Assembly (NCBI GenBank): GCA_041664285.1
Contig: JBAYLA010000001.1
Coordinates: 227-64,226 of the forward strand
From: Minisyncoccota bacterium
GTDB lineage: Bacteria > Patescibacteriota > Minisyncoccia > Phycocordibacterales > UBA9973
DNA length: 64,000 nucleotides
Direction of reading: 5' to 3'
Shown: positions 38,991 to 50,714 of the stretch, in pieces
Numbering within the stretch: position 1 is the first letter of the stretch
How the letters are laid out: every line of letters begins with the position of its first letter
The notes under the pieces: model-generated
Seen by the model: the letters and a program-made list of their open reading frames with translations, nothing else
What the model was told of the DNA's origin: nothing
The model's database searches: none
Translations under genes and position numbers: made by a program

Positions 38991-39530
38991 ATGAAAGATT
39001 TTAAAGGAAATTTAGTTAAGAGGAATATAAAAGGTTTCACATTGATAGAACTTTTAATTGTTGTAGCTATCATTGGTATTTTAACTGCTGTAGTGTTCGT
39101 TTCAGTTAGTTCATCTCGTGCAAAAGGTGGTGATGGAGCTGTTAAATCTAACTTAAATACAATAAAAGGTGCGTCTGAGATTTTTTATGCCAACAATAAT
39201 TTTTCTTTTGGTTCTGCTCTTGCTATTACTGTTCCTTGTCCTACTTATCTATCAACTTCTACCAATATGTTTCAAAAAGATAAAACGATAGCTGACGCTA
39301 TAGCTGAAGCAGTTAAAAGAGGTGGTGGTGCAAGTGTTTGCTATAATTCAAATAATGTTTGGGCTGTTGCTGTACAACTAAAGACTAGTGATGGTGCTAC
39401 AAATGTTGCTGGGACAACTGGTCTATTACCAGATTCATGGTGTGTAGATAGTGGAGGAGTCAGTAAGTCGTATACATGGGCCAACGGTCAAACAATTGCC
39501 GATTCTATTAATATTTCTTTTTGCAGATAA
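38991..39530 (+). CDS. Type IV pilin paralog
   Basis: KG/FTLIELLIVVAIIGIL; WCVDS shared with preceding pilin. Confidence 0.9.
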   Translation: MKDFKGNLVKRNIKGFTLIELLIVVAIIGILTAVVFVSVSSSRAKGGDGAVKSNLNTIKGASEIFYANNNFSFGSALAITVPCPTYLSTSTNMFQKDKTIADAIAEAVKRGGGASVCYNSNNVWAVAVQLKTSDGATNVAGTTGLLPDSWCVDSGGVSKSYTWANGQTIADSINISFCR

Positions 39531-39543
39531 TTTTTAAAGAATT

Positions 39544-40338
39544 ATGATATTTATTATTACTTCAATTTTCTTTATTTTTGGTCTGGTTATTGGAAGTTTT
39601 TTGAATGTTGTTATTTTTCGGTTGAATACCCAGAGATCTTTTGGCGGGAGGAGCGGATGTATGTCTTGTCAGAATAAACTTACTTGGCTAGAGCTTATAC
39701 CCGTTTTTAGTTTTTTGGGGTTAAGAGGAAGATGTAAAAATTGTAAAACTAAAATTTCACTTCAGTATCCATTGGTAGAGCTTATCACTGGTTTGATTTT
39801 TGCTCTTTTGTTTTTAAAATTCCAAAATATATTTTTTTTAAATACACTTCTTTTTACTTTTAATTATATATATTATGCTACCATTTTTTCTCTTCTCTTG
39901 ATAATTGCTGTTTATGATTTAAAACATAAAATAATTCCAGATATTCTGTCTCTTGTTTTTGGTATTTTAGCTTTTGCGGGTTTATTTCTTACGCAGATAG
40001 ATTTTTCTATTATTTTCTCTGTATTTTATTTTCCTACCCTCTTAGAATTTTTGTCTGGTCCAATTATCGCCATTCCTTTTGCTTTTCTTTGGTTAGTATC
40101 TTCTGGAAAATGGATGGGGCTAGGGGATGCAAAATTGGCAATTGGGTTAGGATATTTTCTTGGCCTTCGTCTTATGTTTTCTGCTCTTGTATTAGCTTTT
40201 TGGATCGGAGCTATTGTCGGTCTTTTATTAATTATTTTTTCTAATAAAAAATATGGGTTGAAAAGTGAAATTCCCTTTGCTCCATATTTGGTTTTGGGTA
40301 CATCATTAGTATTTCTTTTTGGTTGGTATCTTTTTTAA
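39544..40338 (+). CDS. pilD: Prepilin peptidase
   Basis: GSFLNV, RSGCMSC, GRCKNC, MGLGD.K, IPFAPYL. Confidence 0.93.
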   Translation: MIFIITSIFFIFGLVIGSFLNVVIFRLNTQRSFGGRSGCMSCQNKLTWLELIPVFSFLGLRGRCKNCKTKISLQYPLVELITGLIFALLFLKFQNIFFLNTLLFTFNYIYYATIFSLLLIIAVYDLKHKIIPDILSLVFGILAFAGLFLTQIDFSIIFSVFYFPTLLEFLSGPIIAIPFAFLWLVSSGKWMGLGDAKLAIGLGYFLGLRLMFSALVLAFWIGAIVGLLLIIFSNKKYGLKSEIPFAPYLVLGTSLVFLFGWYLF

Positions 40339-40985
40339 TGAAAAAATTAATTAAAAGTAAAAAAAACAGAGGAATGACTTATGTGGAGCTTATTGTTGTT
40401 CTTGGTATTTTTGCTGTTTTATCTTCTGTTTCTATTTTTAATTATGGAGCTTTTCAAGACAAGGTTGATATAAAAAGTATGGCCAATGATATCGCATTGA
40501 AATTTGTTGAAGCGCAAAGATCATCTCTAAATGGTGTTTTGCCTAATGTTACTTATTTAGATACTTGGACACCAGGTTATGGAGTTTATTTCAATTTAAC
40601 TACAGACCCTACAGCTCTTGATGCTGATGATATAGCTTTCAATAAAAAATTTGTTTATTTTGTAGATCTTGATAATAATTACGAATATTTTGGCACTACT
40701 CCAAATTGCACAGTAATGGAATGTTTAGATAAAATTATTATCACTAAAAATAATTTTATAGCTAACATTGAAAAATGCGACGACGCTGATTGCAACACTC
40801 TACCCAAACAATCGATTACCTCTATTGCTACAGCTTTTATGCGACCGGATTCAGGAGCTCATTTTACTAGCAATCCACCTTATGACTTCTCTGGTTCTAG
40901 TTATGTTAAAATTACTATTGAATCGCCTAAAGGATTACAAGCTTTTATAAAATTATATCCTTCAGGTAGAGTACAGATAGATTAA
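40338..40985 (+). CDS. Minor pilin (FimT/GspH-like)
   Basis: RG/MTYVELIVV prepilin motif. Confidence 0.85.
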   Translation: MKKLIKSKKNRGMTYVELIVVLGIFAVLSSVSIFNYGAFQDKVDIKSMANDIALKFVEAQRSSLNGVLPNVTYLDTWTPGYGVYFNLTTDPTALDADDIAFNKKFVYFVDLDNNYEYFGTTPNCTVMECLDKIIITKNNFIANIEKCDDADCNTLPKQSITSIATAFMRPDSGAHFTSNPPYDFSGSSYVKITIESPKGLQAFIKLYPSGRVQID

Positions 40986-41007
40986 GTAGTTATAAAGTTG
41001 TAAAAAA

Positions 41008-41643
41008 ATGAAATTATTTTTTAAAAAAATAATTAATAAGAATAATAAAGGCCGAAAGGCCCTGGTCGAAATGAGGGGATACACTCTCATTGAGACGATG
41101 ATAGCTGTTGCTCTTTTTTTAATTGTTATAACAACAGGCCTTGGAGCGTTACTGAGTGCCAATTCACTTCAAAAAAAATCACAAGATATGCGTTCCATTC
41201 TAGATAACTTAAACTTTGCTATGGAAGATATGTCTAGAAATATAAGAACAGGATATAATTTTGTTTGTATTGTTGGGGGGAGTCCTCTTCCATCTGATGT
41301 TAGTACGCCCAATAATTTTCATAATTGTGGGGGAATTGCATTTGAATCTGGAACTGGCAGGATTTCTGACCCTCTTGATCAATGGGTTTATTACATAAGT
41401 AACAATAGAATTTTTAAAACAACCAAAAGTCCTTATGATGATTCTAGTAATTATATTCAATTAACTCCCGATGAAATAAACATTGATGCAGCGTCCGGTT
41501 TTGTAGTAACAGGGGCTGAGCCAGGTGATGGGAAACAACCTTTTATTACCATCAAGTTGGTTGGGACAATAACTACTCCTCAAGGTGTCAGTACTCCTTT
41601 TTATTTACAAACTTCCGTGTCTCAAAGAATTATGGATATGTAA
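41008..41643 (+). CDS. Minor pilin (PilW-like)
   Basis: RG/YTLIETMIA; C-terminal LQTSVSQR. Confidence 0.85.
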   Translation: MKLFFKKIINKNNKGRKALVEMRGYTLIETMIAVALFLIVITTGLGALLSANSLQKKSQDMRSILDNLNFAMEDMSRNIRTGYNFVCIVGGSPLPSDVSTPNNFHNCGGIAFESGTGRISDPLDQWVYYISNNRIFKTTKSPYDDSSNYIQLTPDEINIDAASGFVVTGAEPGDGKQPFITIKLVGTITTPQGVSTPFYLQTSVSQRIMDM

Positions 41644-41646
41644 TTT

Positions 41647-42096
41647 ATGATGAAGAAAAATAATAAATTAAATAAAGGGTTTACATTAGTAGAAACACTT
41701 GTAGCTATTTCAATTTTTACTATGTCAATTTTAGGGTTAATGTCAATTTTGGCGTCATCTATTTCCGACATTAATTATGCTAAACAGAAAATAGCAGCTT
41801 CATATTTAGCGCAAGAAGGAATTGAATATGTTAGAAATTTGAGAGATACTGCAATAATTTCTTCGGTGGATGGAACTGGTTGGACAACCTTTAAGGCTCT
41901 TTTGCCCCCTTCGTCCGATTCTTCTTTTTATCCTCCTGATGGTTCAACATTTCCTAATTTTACAAGAACCATAAGTGTTGATACAACTTTTGGGCCAGAT
42001 GAAATAAAAATTACTTCAGATGTTAGTTGGACGCAGGGTTCTGGCGATAAACATATAATTTTTTCAGAAAATTTATATAATTGGACAGAAGAATAG
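41647..42096 (+). CDS. Minor pilin (PilV-like)
   Basis: KG/FTLVETLVA; LAQEGIEYVRNLRD. Confidence 0.85.
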   Translation: MMKKNNKLNKGFTLVETLVAISIFTMSILGLMSILASSISDINYAKQKIAASYLAQEGIEYVRNLRDTAIISSVDGTGWTTFKALLPPSSDSSFYPPDGSTFPNFTRTISVDTTFGPDEIKITSDVSWTQGSGDKHIIFSENLYNWTEE

Positions 42097-42097
42097 C

Positions 42098-43603
42098 ATG
42101 ATAAATATAATAAGAAAATTTAATATTTTAAAAAGAGAATTTATTCAATGCCTAAAACGCAAGTCTTCTAGTTCGGGGTTCGTATTACTTTTTGCAGTTA
42201 CTATTTCAGCGATTATTTTATCAATAACCTTAGGTCTAACTAATATTGCTTTTAACGAAATTAAATTTAGTACTTCTGTTAAAGATAGTAATAATGCTTT
42301 TTATGCCGCTGACACAGGTTACGAATGTGCACTTTTTAATGACAAATCTGCCACCAGCGCCTTCGATCCTACCAATCCTACTTCCCCCTTATCAATAACT
42401 TGTAACAAAAGTAGTTCTATTACTGTAAATAAAGATATAATGTCCCCGATTTGGAATTTTAATATGAATGGATTAGGTATTGGAGGACAAAGTTGTGCTC
42501 AAGTAACTGTCGATAAACATACTTCGCTATTTTCTATTACTTCAAAGGGATATAACATTAGTGATTGTAGTTTAATAAGCGCAGGACGAGTTGAAAGAGA
42601 GTTAAAAATTAATTATAGTGGTTCTTCTTCTTTTACTTGTTCTAATTTACCTGCTCATGCAACGTTTTGCGAGTATGATTTGGATAACGATATACTAACC
42701 CCTCCTTCTTTGGTTCCTTCCTGTACTTTGCCTACCCTTCCAAATGTATGTGAAGCAATGTGCGATTCAGGCTACACAATAAGCGGAAGTGGAGAAGATT
42801 GTGTGGAAACAGCACCACCAATTCCTCTTATTACTGCTAGTGGCGGAACAATAACCTATGCTGATTCTAGTGGCGCAACATCTCCAGTTCAGGTTTCTGG
42901 TGGATATAAGATTCATACGTTTACTTCGGCTACACCTGTAAAAAAATTCATTGTTAATAGTGGTAGTGGCACTGTTGATGTTTTGGTTGTTGGAGGAGGT
43001 GGTGGTGGAGCTGGAGATGGAGCAAGTTGGGAACATTGTATGGGTTCTGGCGGTGCAGGGGGATATAGATATCAGACTAATTTTCCTATAGACCCACAAG
43101 AATATCAGGTTAAGGTTGGTACTGGTGGTAGCGCTGGTCCGGCAGGTAATCCAGCCGGAAATACTGTGGGAAACGGCGGAGATTCTGCTTTTAGTACAAT
43201 TACATCTACTGGAGGTGGTGCAGGAAAACAAACAGAAGCTGGAAAGAGTGGTGGTTCTGGTGGGGGTGCAGGAGCATGGGGGGGGTCACGCACGGGAGGG
43301 GCTGCTTCTGCTGGACAAGGAAACGCAGGAGGTTCTTCTAAACAATGCGCATCTTCTGGTTGTGGAAGTCATAGTGGCGGAGGTGGAGGGTCGGCTTCTG
43401 TTGGAGGATCTGAAAACGGAATAGGGGGCAATGGAACGGTTAATAGTATATCAGGATCATCAATAACTTATGCTGCCGGTGGTTCTCATGGTGGTGGAAA
43501 TGCCGTTGCTAATACTGGAAATGGTGGTGGTGGTGGTTTACAATCTTCAGCTGGCGGTTCTGGTGGTTCGGGTATTGTAATAATTAGATATCTAACTCCG
43601 TAA
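42098..43603 (+). CDS. PilX-like pilin with Cys-rich linker and C-terminal glycine-rich domain
   Basis: SG/FVLLFAV, AFYAADTG.ECA; VLVVGGGGGG...GGSGIVIIRY. Confidence 0.8.
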   Translation: MINIIRKFNILKREFIQCLKRKSSSSGFVLLFAVTISAIILSITLGLTNIAFNEIKFSTSVKDSNNAFYAADTGYECALFNDKSATSAFDPTNPTSPLSITCNKSSSITVNKDIMSPIWNFNMNGLGIGGQSCAQVTVDKHTSLFSITSKGYNISDCSLISAGRVERELKINYSGSSSFTCSNLPAHATFCEYDLDNDILTPPSLVPSCTLPTLPNVCEAMCDSGYTISGSGEDCVETAPPIPLITASGGTITYADSSGATSPVQVSGGYKIHTFTSATPVKKFIVNSGSGTVDVLVVGGGGGGAGDGASWEHCMGSGGAGGYRYQTNFPIDPQEYQVKVGTGGSAGPAGNPAGNTVGNGGDSAFSTITSTGGGAGKQTEAGKSGGSGGGAGAWGGSRTGGAASAGQGNAGGSSKQCASSGCGSHSGGGGGSASVGGSENGIGGNGTVNSISGSSITYAAGGSHGGGNAVANTGNGGGGGLQSSAGGSGGSGIVIIRYLTP

Positions 43604-43619
43604 CAATAAAATAAAAACA

Positions 43620-43652
43620 AAAAAAACCACTTATAGGCAAGGTGGTTTTTTT
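43620..43652 (+). terminator. Intrinsic terminator
   Basis: AAAAAAACCAC...GTGGTTTTTT. Confidence 0.6.
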
Positions 43653-43670
43653 GTTTTATAATGAAAATAA

Positions 43671-45746
<2,076 letters not shown>

Positions 45747-45776
45747 TGTGTTTATTATCAATAAACAATAAATTTT

Positions 45777-46040
45777 ATGAACGTAAATATGAACATAGAA
45801 GGGATAAATCGATCAAAACAACCAACAATTCCACCAGACCAAATGAAATTTATTTTAGATGAGGTTAATCTTCAAAAGATTAAAGATATTAGAGCACGTC
45901 CTTTTTCTTTTTTAGAAGCAGATGTACTAAAAAAGATAGAAGCTAATCCTACTATAACAGCAGAAGAAATTATAGCTTCTTTAAAAGAAGAAAGAAAAAG
46001 AACCCTCGAAAGACTAAATCCAAACATAAATCTTAACTAA
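45777..46040 (+). CDS. Hypothetical protein
   Basis: Intact ORF with TATAAT upstream; no recognised motif. Confidence 0.5.
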   Translation: MNVNMNIEGINRSKQPTIPPDQMKFILDEVNLQKIKDIRARPFSFLEADVLKKIEANPTITAEEIIASLKEERKRTLERLNPNINLN

Positions 46041-46205
46041 AATGATTGTTTTAGTGTTTTTAAAGCGGTAAATACTACATATTTTGCACTTGACTTTTCT
46101 ATACTTTGTGTGATATAATATACGAGAATGAAGAGAGGTTGAGAGTTTATTCTCAATAAAAAGGGTTTATCCTTTAATTGTTATTTCAAAACAAGGAGAT
46201 TGAAA

Positions 46206-46496
46206 ATGAAAAAAAGAAAAATTTTTATTTTTATTTTATTTTTTGTTATCGCATTTATAATCATTGTGTTGGAAAGAGTTCCAGCACAGACAATGTCCTC
46301 GTTGGGAACTTGGTGTTGTTGGGGTTTAATGGCAATAGTGCTAGGGGCCATTTTGAAACTCGACGAGAACATTACCCAGTTTTTACAGATTCGTTGGGCG
46401 AGAGCTTTACGATATCTAGCGAGAGCGCAGTGGTATCAAGAACTCGTTAACGAGATAGGTGAAACTATCTTAAGGATCAAGAAAGGCGGGGCTTGA
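46206..46496 (+). CDS. Small 2-TM hypothetical protein
   Basis: AAGGAG upstream, promoter TTGACT..TGATATAAT at 46090-46119, hairpin 46526-46564 downstream. Confidence 0.55.
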   Translation: MKKRKIFIFILFFVIAFIIIVLERVPAQTMSSLGTWCCWGLMAIVLGAILKLDENITQFLQIRWARALRYLARAQWYQELVNEIGETILRIKKGGA

Positions 46497-46628
46497 AGTT
46501 TAAGCCCTGGTAAATTTATCAGCTTTAGCCCGAATCCATTTATCTTTACAAATGGTTCGGGCTATCACTTTTTTAGGCCTGTTTTTGATTGCTTTGCTCA
46601 AGAAAATCAATCATGTTATTATATCTTT

Positions 46629-47423
46629 ATGGCAATTACTTCTTGGGCTTTAAGACGACAAATTTTTTATGTATTGGTTCTTATTTTGTTTTTTTCTATT
46701 GTTGGATTTTTAATACTTTATCCTAAGCTCAACATGGCGCCGAATTGCTCGGATGGCAAACAGAATGGTACAGAAACAGGGATAGATTGTGGAGGATCCT
46801 GTTTAAATGCTTGCTTGAATCAAATGGACACAATTTCTATTCTTTGGTCACGCTCTTTTAAGGTTGTCCCTGGACGTTATAATGCTCTTGCTTATTTAGT
46901 TAATCACAACAGAAACGCTGTAATTGAAAATATAAATTATAGATTTACGTTTCATGATGCAAATAATATTTATATAGGCAAACGTGATGGAAGCACCTTT
47001 GTTCCTCCTGGAGGCAATTTTGCCATTTTTGAGCCGGGGATAGATATTGGTAATTCTATTCCTGTTTATGTAGATTTTGAATTCACCGATAAAGTACCGC
47101 AATGGCAGCAAGTATCACAAGAGAAAATTAATCAATTAAAAGTTTTAATTTCCAATATACAATTAGCAGATGAGGATATCTCTCCTAAACTTTCTGCTTC
47201 TATAAAAAATAATTCACTCTTTACTATCCCAAATGTAAACATAGTTGCGATTCTTTATAACGGAGAAGGAAATGCTATTTCTACTAGTCGTACTTTCTTA
47301 GATCAGCTTAATCCACTACAAGATGTTGATATTAATTTCACTTGGCCGGAGCCATTACCAGGCAAAGTTGTCGTTAAAGAAATAATTCCGATATATAATA
47401 TTTTCTCTGTTAAATTACAATAA
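46629..47423 (+). CDS. Membrane-anchored protein with Cys-rich 'CSDGKQNGTETGIDCGGSC' motif
   Basis: Single TM, Cys motif, beta-rich C-terminal region. Confidence 0.7.
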   Translation: MAITSWALRRQIFYVLVLILFFSIVGFLILYPKLNMAPNCSDGKQNGTETGIDCGGSCLNACLNQMDTISILWSRSFKVVPGRYNALAYLVNHNRNAVIENINYRFTFHDANNIYIGKRDGSTFVPPGGNFAIFEPGIDIGNSIPVYVDFEFTDKVPQWQQVSQEKINQLKVLISNIQLADEDISPKLSASIKNNSLFTIPNVNIVAILYNGEGNAISTSRTFLDQLNPLQDVDINFTWPEPLPGKVVVKEIIPIYNIFSVKLQ

Positions 47424-47501
47424 ATAAATACCTGTCCCGTATTAAATTTTTGATTACGGGGTATAAAGATAAAGATTATTAGTTAAAATTTTAGTACTGG
47501 G

Positions 47502-48632
47502 ATGGCGGAAAAAGCTTTTAAAAGAATAGATTGGATGTTGGTTATTTTTATTATTCCAATAATAGCTGCTGGTCTTGTGACCATGAAGTCTTTTACTCCG
47601 CTTGAAAATGCAGGTGATTTCTTTAATAAGCAAATTATTTGGGTCGCTATTTCTTTTATTGTTTTTTTTATTTTTTCTTTTATTGATTTTCGTTTTTTAA
47701 AACGCACTGACGTATTAGTATTTTTATTTCTTTTTGTATCTTTTATTTTATTGGCACTTATTGTTTTAGGACAAATCACGCATGGAGTAAAAAGTTGGTT
47801 TGATTTTGGTTTATTTTTTTTTCAGCCAGTTGATGTGATGAAATTGGTTTTAGTTCTTGTTTTAGCAAAATATTTTTCTCGTCGGCATGTGGAAATTAGA
47901 GATTTTAAACATATTTTTATTTCTGGACTTTATGCTTTAGTACCATTAGTTTTAGTTTTACTTCAACCAGATTTTGGTTCAGCGATGATTATATTTTTAA
48001 TTTGGCTCGCTATGGTGTTTGTTTCTGGAATTTCTAAGACTCATTTATTGGTCGTGTTTACAACTGGACTTTTGATTTTTGCCTCTCTTTGGTTTTTTGT
48101 TTTTGCGCCATATCAAAAAGCTCGTATTTATAATTTTATAAATCCTTTAACAGATATTCATAAAACTGGATACAACGTATTTCAGTCAACTATTGCTGTA
48201 GGTTCTGGGCAAGTGACAGGCAAGGGTTTGGGCTTTGGGACACAATCAAGATTGAAATTTTTACCAGTTCCTCAATCTGATTTTATTTTTGCTGCTTATG
48301 CTGAAGAATGGGGTTTTGTTGGGTCATCTTTGATTTTACTTTTCTATATCCTAGTTATTGGGAGAATTCTTTATTTTGCATCTTTAGGTGCATCTAATTT
48401 TGAAATACTTTTTGGGATGGGCATTGCTATCTTTTTTATGAGTCATGTGTTCGTAAATATTGGGATGAATCTAGGGCTCTTGCCGGTCACTGGTATTCCT
48501 CTTCCGTTTATGAGTTATGGTGGTTCACATTTGTTAACCGAATTTGCTGGATTGGGTATTTTAATGGGTATGCGTAAATATTCTAGATCTGTTCATCCAG
48601 ACGATATGAAGAATGAGTTTTTGGGTGTATAA
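47502..48632 (+). CDS. rodA: SEDS peptidoglycan polymerase RodA/FtsW
   Basis: QPDFG, GSG...GKG..GTQ, DFIF..AEEWG, PVTGIPLPFMSYGGS. Confidence 0.9.
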   Translation: MAEKAFKRIDWMLVIFIIPIIAAGLVTMKSFTPLENAGDFFNKQIIWVAISFIVFFIFSFIDFRFLKRTDVLVFLFLFVSFILLALIVLGQITHGVKSWFDFGLFFFQPVDVMKLVLVLVLAKYFSRRHVEIRDFKHIFISGLYALVPLVLVLLQPDFGSAMIIFLIWLAMVFVSGISKTHLLVVFTTGLLIFASLWFFVFAPYQKARIYNFINPLTDIHKTGYNVFQSTIAVGSGQVTGKGLGFGTQSRLKFLPVPQSDFIFAAYAEEWGFVGSSLILLFYILVIGRILYFASLGASNFEILFGMGIAIFFMSHVFVNIGMNLGLLPVTGIPLPFMSYGGSHLLTEFAGLGILMGMRKYSRSVHPDDMKNEFLGV

Positions 48633-48671
48633 TCCTGAGCGAAATTGTGGACATATAAATTAAATAAAATT

Positions 48672-49520
48672 ATGAAAATAATTGATGGAAAAAAAATAAG
48701 AGACGAAATTTTAGCTAAAGTGAAAAAAGAAATAGCCAATCTTTCTTTTAAGCCGGTTTTTTGTGATGTATTAGTGGGGGAGGATCCTGTGTCAGCTCAA
48801 TACGTACGCATGAAAGCACGTATGTCAGAGTCGGTGGGTATTAAATTTCAAAGCGCATCTTTTCCCTCGGATATTACTACAGAAGATTTAGTTAAAGAAA
48901 TAAAGATTTTAAATAAAGTAGAAAATATGTGTGGAATTATTATTCAACTCCCATTACCTGCATCTTTAGATCAAAGGCGTATATTAGACTCAATAGATTC
49001 CAAACTGGACGTGGATTGTCTTGGAAGTGTTGCTAGTGAAAAGTTTTATAATGGAGACTTTACTATTATTTTTCCGACAGCTCTTGCTTGTATGCAAATG
49101 CTTGATTCTTTAAATTTAGATTTGAAAGATAAAAAAATAATAATAATTGGCAAGGGTGAACTTGTGGGTCGTCCAGTTAAGAAATTATTAAATGCAAGGA
49201 ATTTAGAAACATTTGTCATTGATAGAAAAACTGAAGAAAATGAAAGAATAAAAAGATTTAAAGAGGCTGATGTTATTATTTCTGCTACAGGGAAAGGGAA
49301 GTTGATAAATGGTAATATGATAAAGAAAGGTGCAATTTTAATTGATGCAGGAACTTCTGAGTCAGGGGCTGGTATTGTGGGAGATATTGACTTAGATTCT
49401 GTTTCGGAGGTAGCGGGCTATGTTTCACCTGTGCCTGGAGGGGTAGGGCCGGTCACAGTCGCAATGCTCCTTAATAATGTATTAATCGTAGCGAAGTCTC
49501 TTGTAAAATCAAATGAATAA
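48672..49520 (+). CDS. folD: Bifunctional methylene-THF dehydrogenase/cyclohydrolase
   Basis: IIDGK, GIIIQLPLP, DVD, VGRP, PVPGGVGPVTVAML. Confidence 0.95.
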   Translation: MKIIDGKKIRDEILAKVKKEIANLSFKPVFCDVLVGEDPVSAQYVRMKARMSESVGIKFQSASFPSDITTEDLVKEIKILNKVENMCGIIIQLPLPASLDQRRILDSIDSKLDVDCLGSVASEKFYNGDFTIIFPTALACMQMLDSLNLDLKDKKIIIIGKGELVGRPVKKLLNARNLETFVIDRKTEENERIKRFKEADVIISATGKGKLINGNMIKKGAILIDAGTSESGAGIVGDIDLDSVSEVAGYVSPVPGGVGPVTVAMLLNNVLIVAKSLVKSNE

Positions 49521-50049
49521 TCAAATCTTTTTATTTTTTTATAATCTAGCCCATCAGTCAAAAATTTTTGATAGTTTGATAATCTTTTTCGCTGTTTACT
49601 TCCCATATATTGTAGTTATTCTAATAGGACTTTTTTTGCTTTTTCATCATGAAGTTTTAAAAGCAGAAGAGCCTTTTCAGGTTTTAATGGAGAAAAAGAA
49701 AGAAATATTTTTTATTGTATTTTCTGGCGTTTCGGCTTGGGTTGTGGCTGTGATTTTAAAAAATTTATTTCACGTATCAAGACCGTTTTTAACATTACCG
49801 GATATCCATCCTCTTTTTATGAAAACTACCTTTTCTTTTCCTTCTGAACATGCTATGTTTTTTTCCGCATTAGCTTTTTCAATTTTTTTCCTACATAAAA
49901 AAGCCGGTTATATTTTTATGTTTTTTGTTTTAATTATTGGTCTCTCGCGTATTGTCTCTGGAGTACATTTTCCAGCTGATATTTTTGGCGGATTTATCCT
50001 TGGTTTTCTATTAGTATATTTTATTAATTTTTTCCGTAATTCTAAATGA
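49513..50049 (+). CDS. PAP2-family phosphatase (undecaprenyl-PP phosphatase-like)
   Basis: K....RP, SFPSEH, SRI.SGVHFP.D. Confidence 0.88.
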   Translation: MNNQIFLFFYNLAHQSKIFDSLIIFFAVYFPYIVVILIGLFLLFHHEVLKAEEPFQVLMEKKKEIFFIVFSGVSAWVVAVILKNLFHVSRPFLTLPDIHPLFMKTTFSFPSEHAMFFSALAFSIFFLHKKAGYIFMFFVLIIGLSRIVSGVHFPADIFGGFILGFLLVYFINFFRNSK

Positions 50050-50624
50050 TTTTATCTTTGATAGAAAGTTTGGGATTGTTGGGTATTTTTTTTGTCGTCT
50101 TTGCTGAGTCGGGTCTTTTTTTTGGTTTCTTTTTCCCTGGTGACTCTCTTTTATTTAGTGCTGGACTTTTAGCTTCAGCAGGCTATTTTAATATATTTTA
50201 TTTATTTGTTGGATCATTCATTTGTGCGGTGTTAGGGGACAGTATTGGATACTGGACAGGTAAGAAATTAGGTCCAAGAATTTTTTCTAAACCAGATTCA
50301 TTTTTTTTCAATAAAAATAATTTAGATAAAACTGCCAAATTTTATGACAAATATGGTAAGAAAACAATAGTGCTGGCACGTTTTGTTCCCATTGTTAGGA
50401 CATTCGCTCCGATCTTGGCTGGTGTTGGGAAGATGCATTATAAAAATTTCATCTTTTATAATGTCTTAGGTGGCTTTCTATGGACATTTATCATTATCTT
50501 TAGTGGATATTTTTTAGGAAATTCTATTAAAAATATTGATCAATATATATTACCTATTACGGCTGCAATAATATTTTTGTCTTTAATACCATTTTTTACA
50601 GAATTTATAAAAAGAAAAAATTAA
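50046..50624 (+). CDS. DedA-family membrane protein
   Basis: FAESGL.FGFFFPGDSLL, ARFVPIVRTFAP. Confidence 0.93.
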   Translation: MILSLIESLGLLGIFFVVFAESGLFFGFFFPGDSLLFSAGLLASAGYFNIFYLFVGSFICAVLGDSIGYWTGKKLGPRIFSKPDSFFFNKNNLDKTAKFYDKYGKKTIVLARFVPIVRTFAPILAGVGKMHYKNFIFYNVLGGFLWTFIIIFSGYFLGNSIKNIDQYILPITAAIIFLSLIPFFTEFIKRKN

Positions 50625-50625
50625 T

Positions 50626-50702
50626 GTATACCCCCACACTTAATTTTTTATTTTCAATATAAGCTTGTTTTTGTTGACTTTTTAAGTGTGGGGGTATAGA
50701 AT
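50626..50702 (+). promoter_or_regulatory. Palindromic repeat copy 2 with promoter upstream of secD
   Basis: TATACCCCCACACTTAA...TTAAGTGTGGGGGTATA; TTGACT-17 nt-TAGAAT. Confidence 0.65.
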
Positions 50703-50714
50703 ATTCTTATCTTT

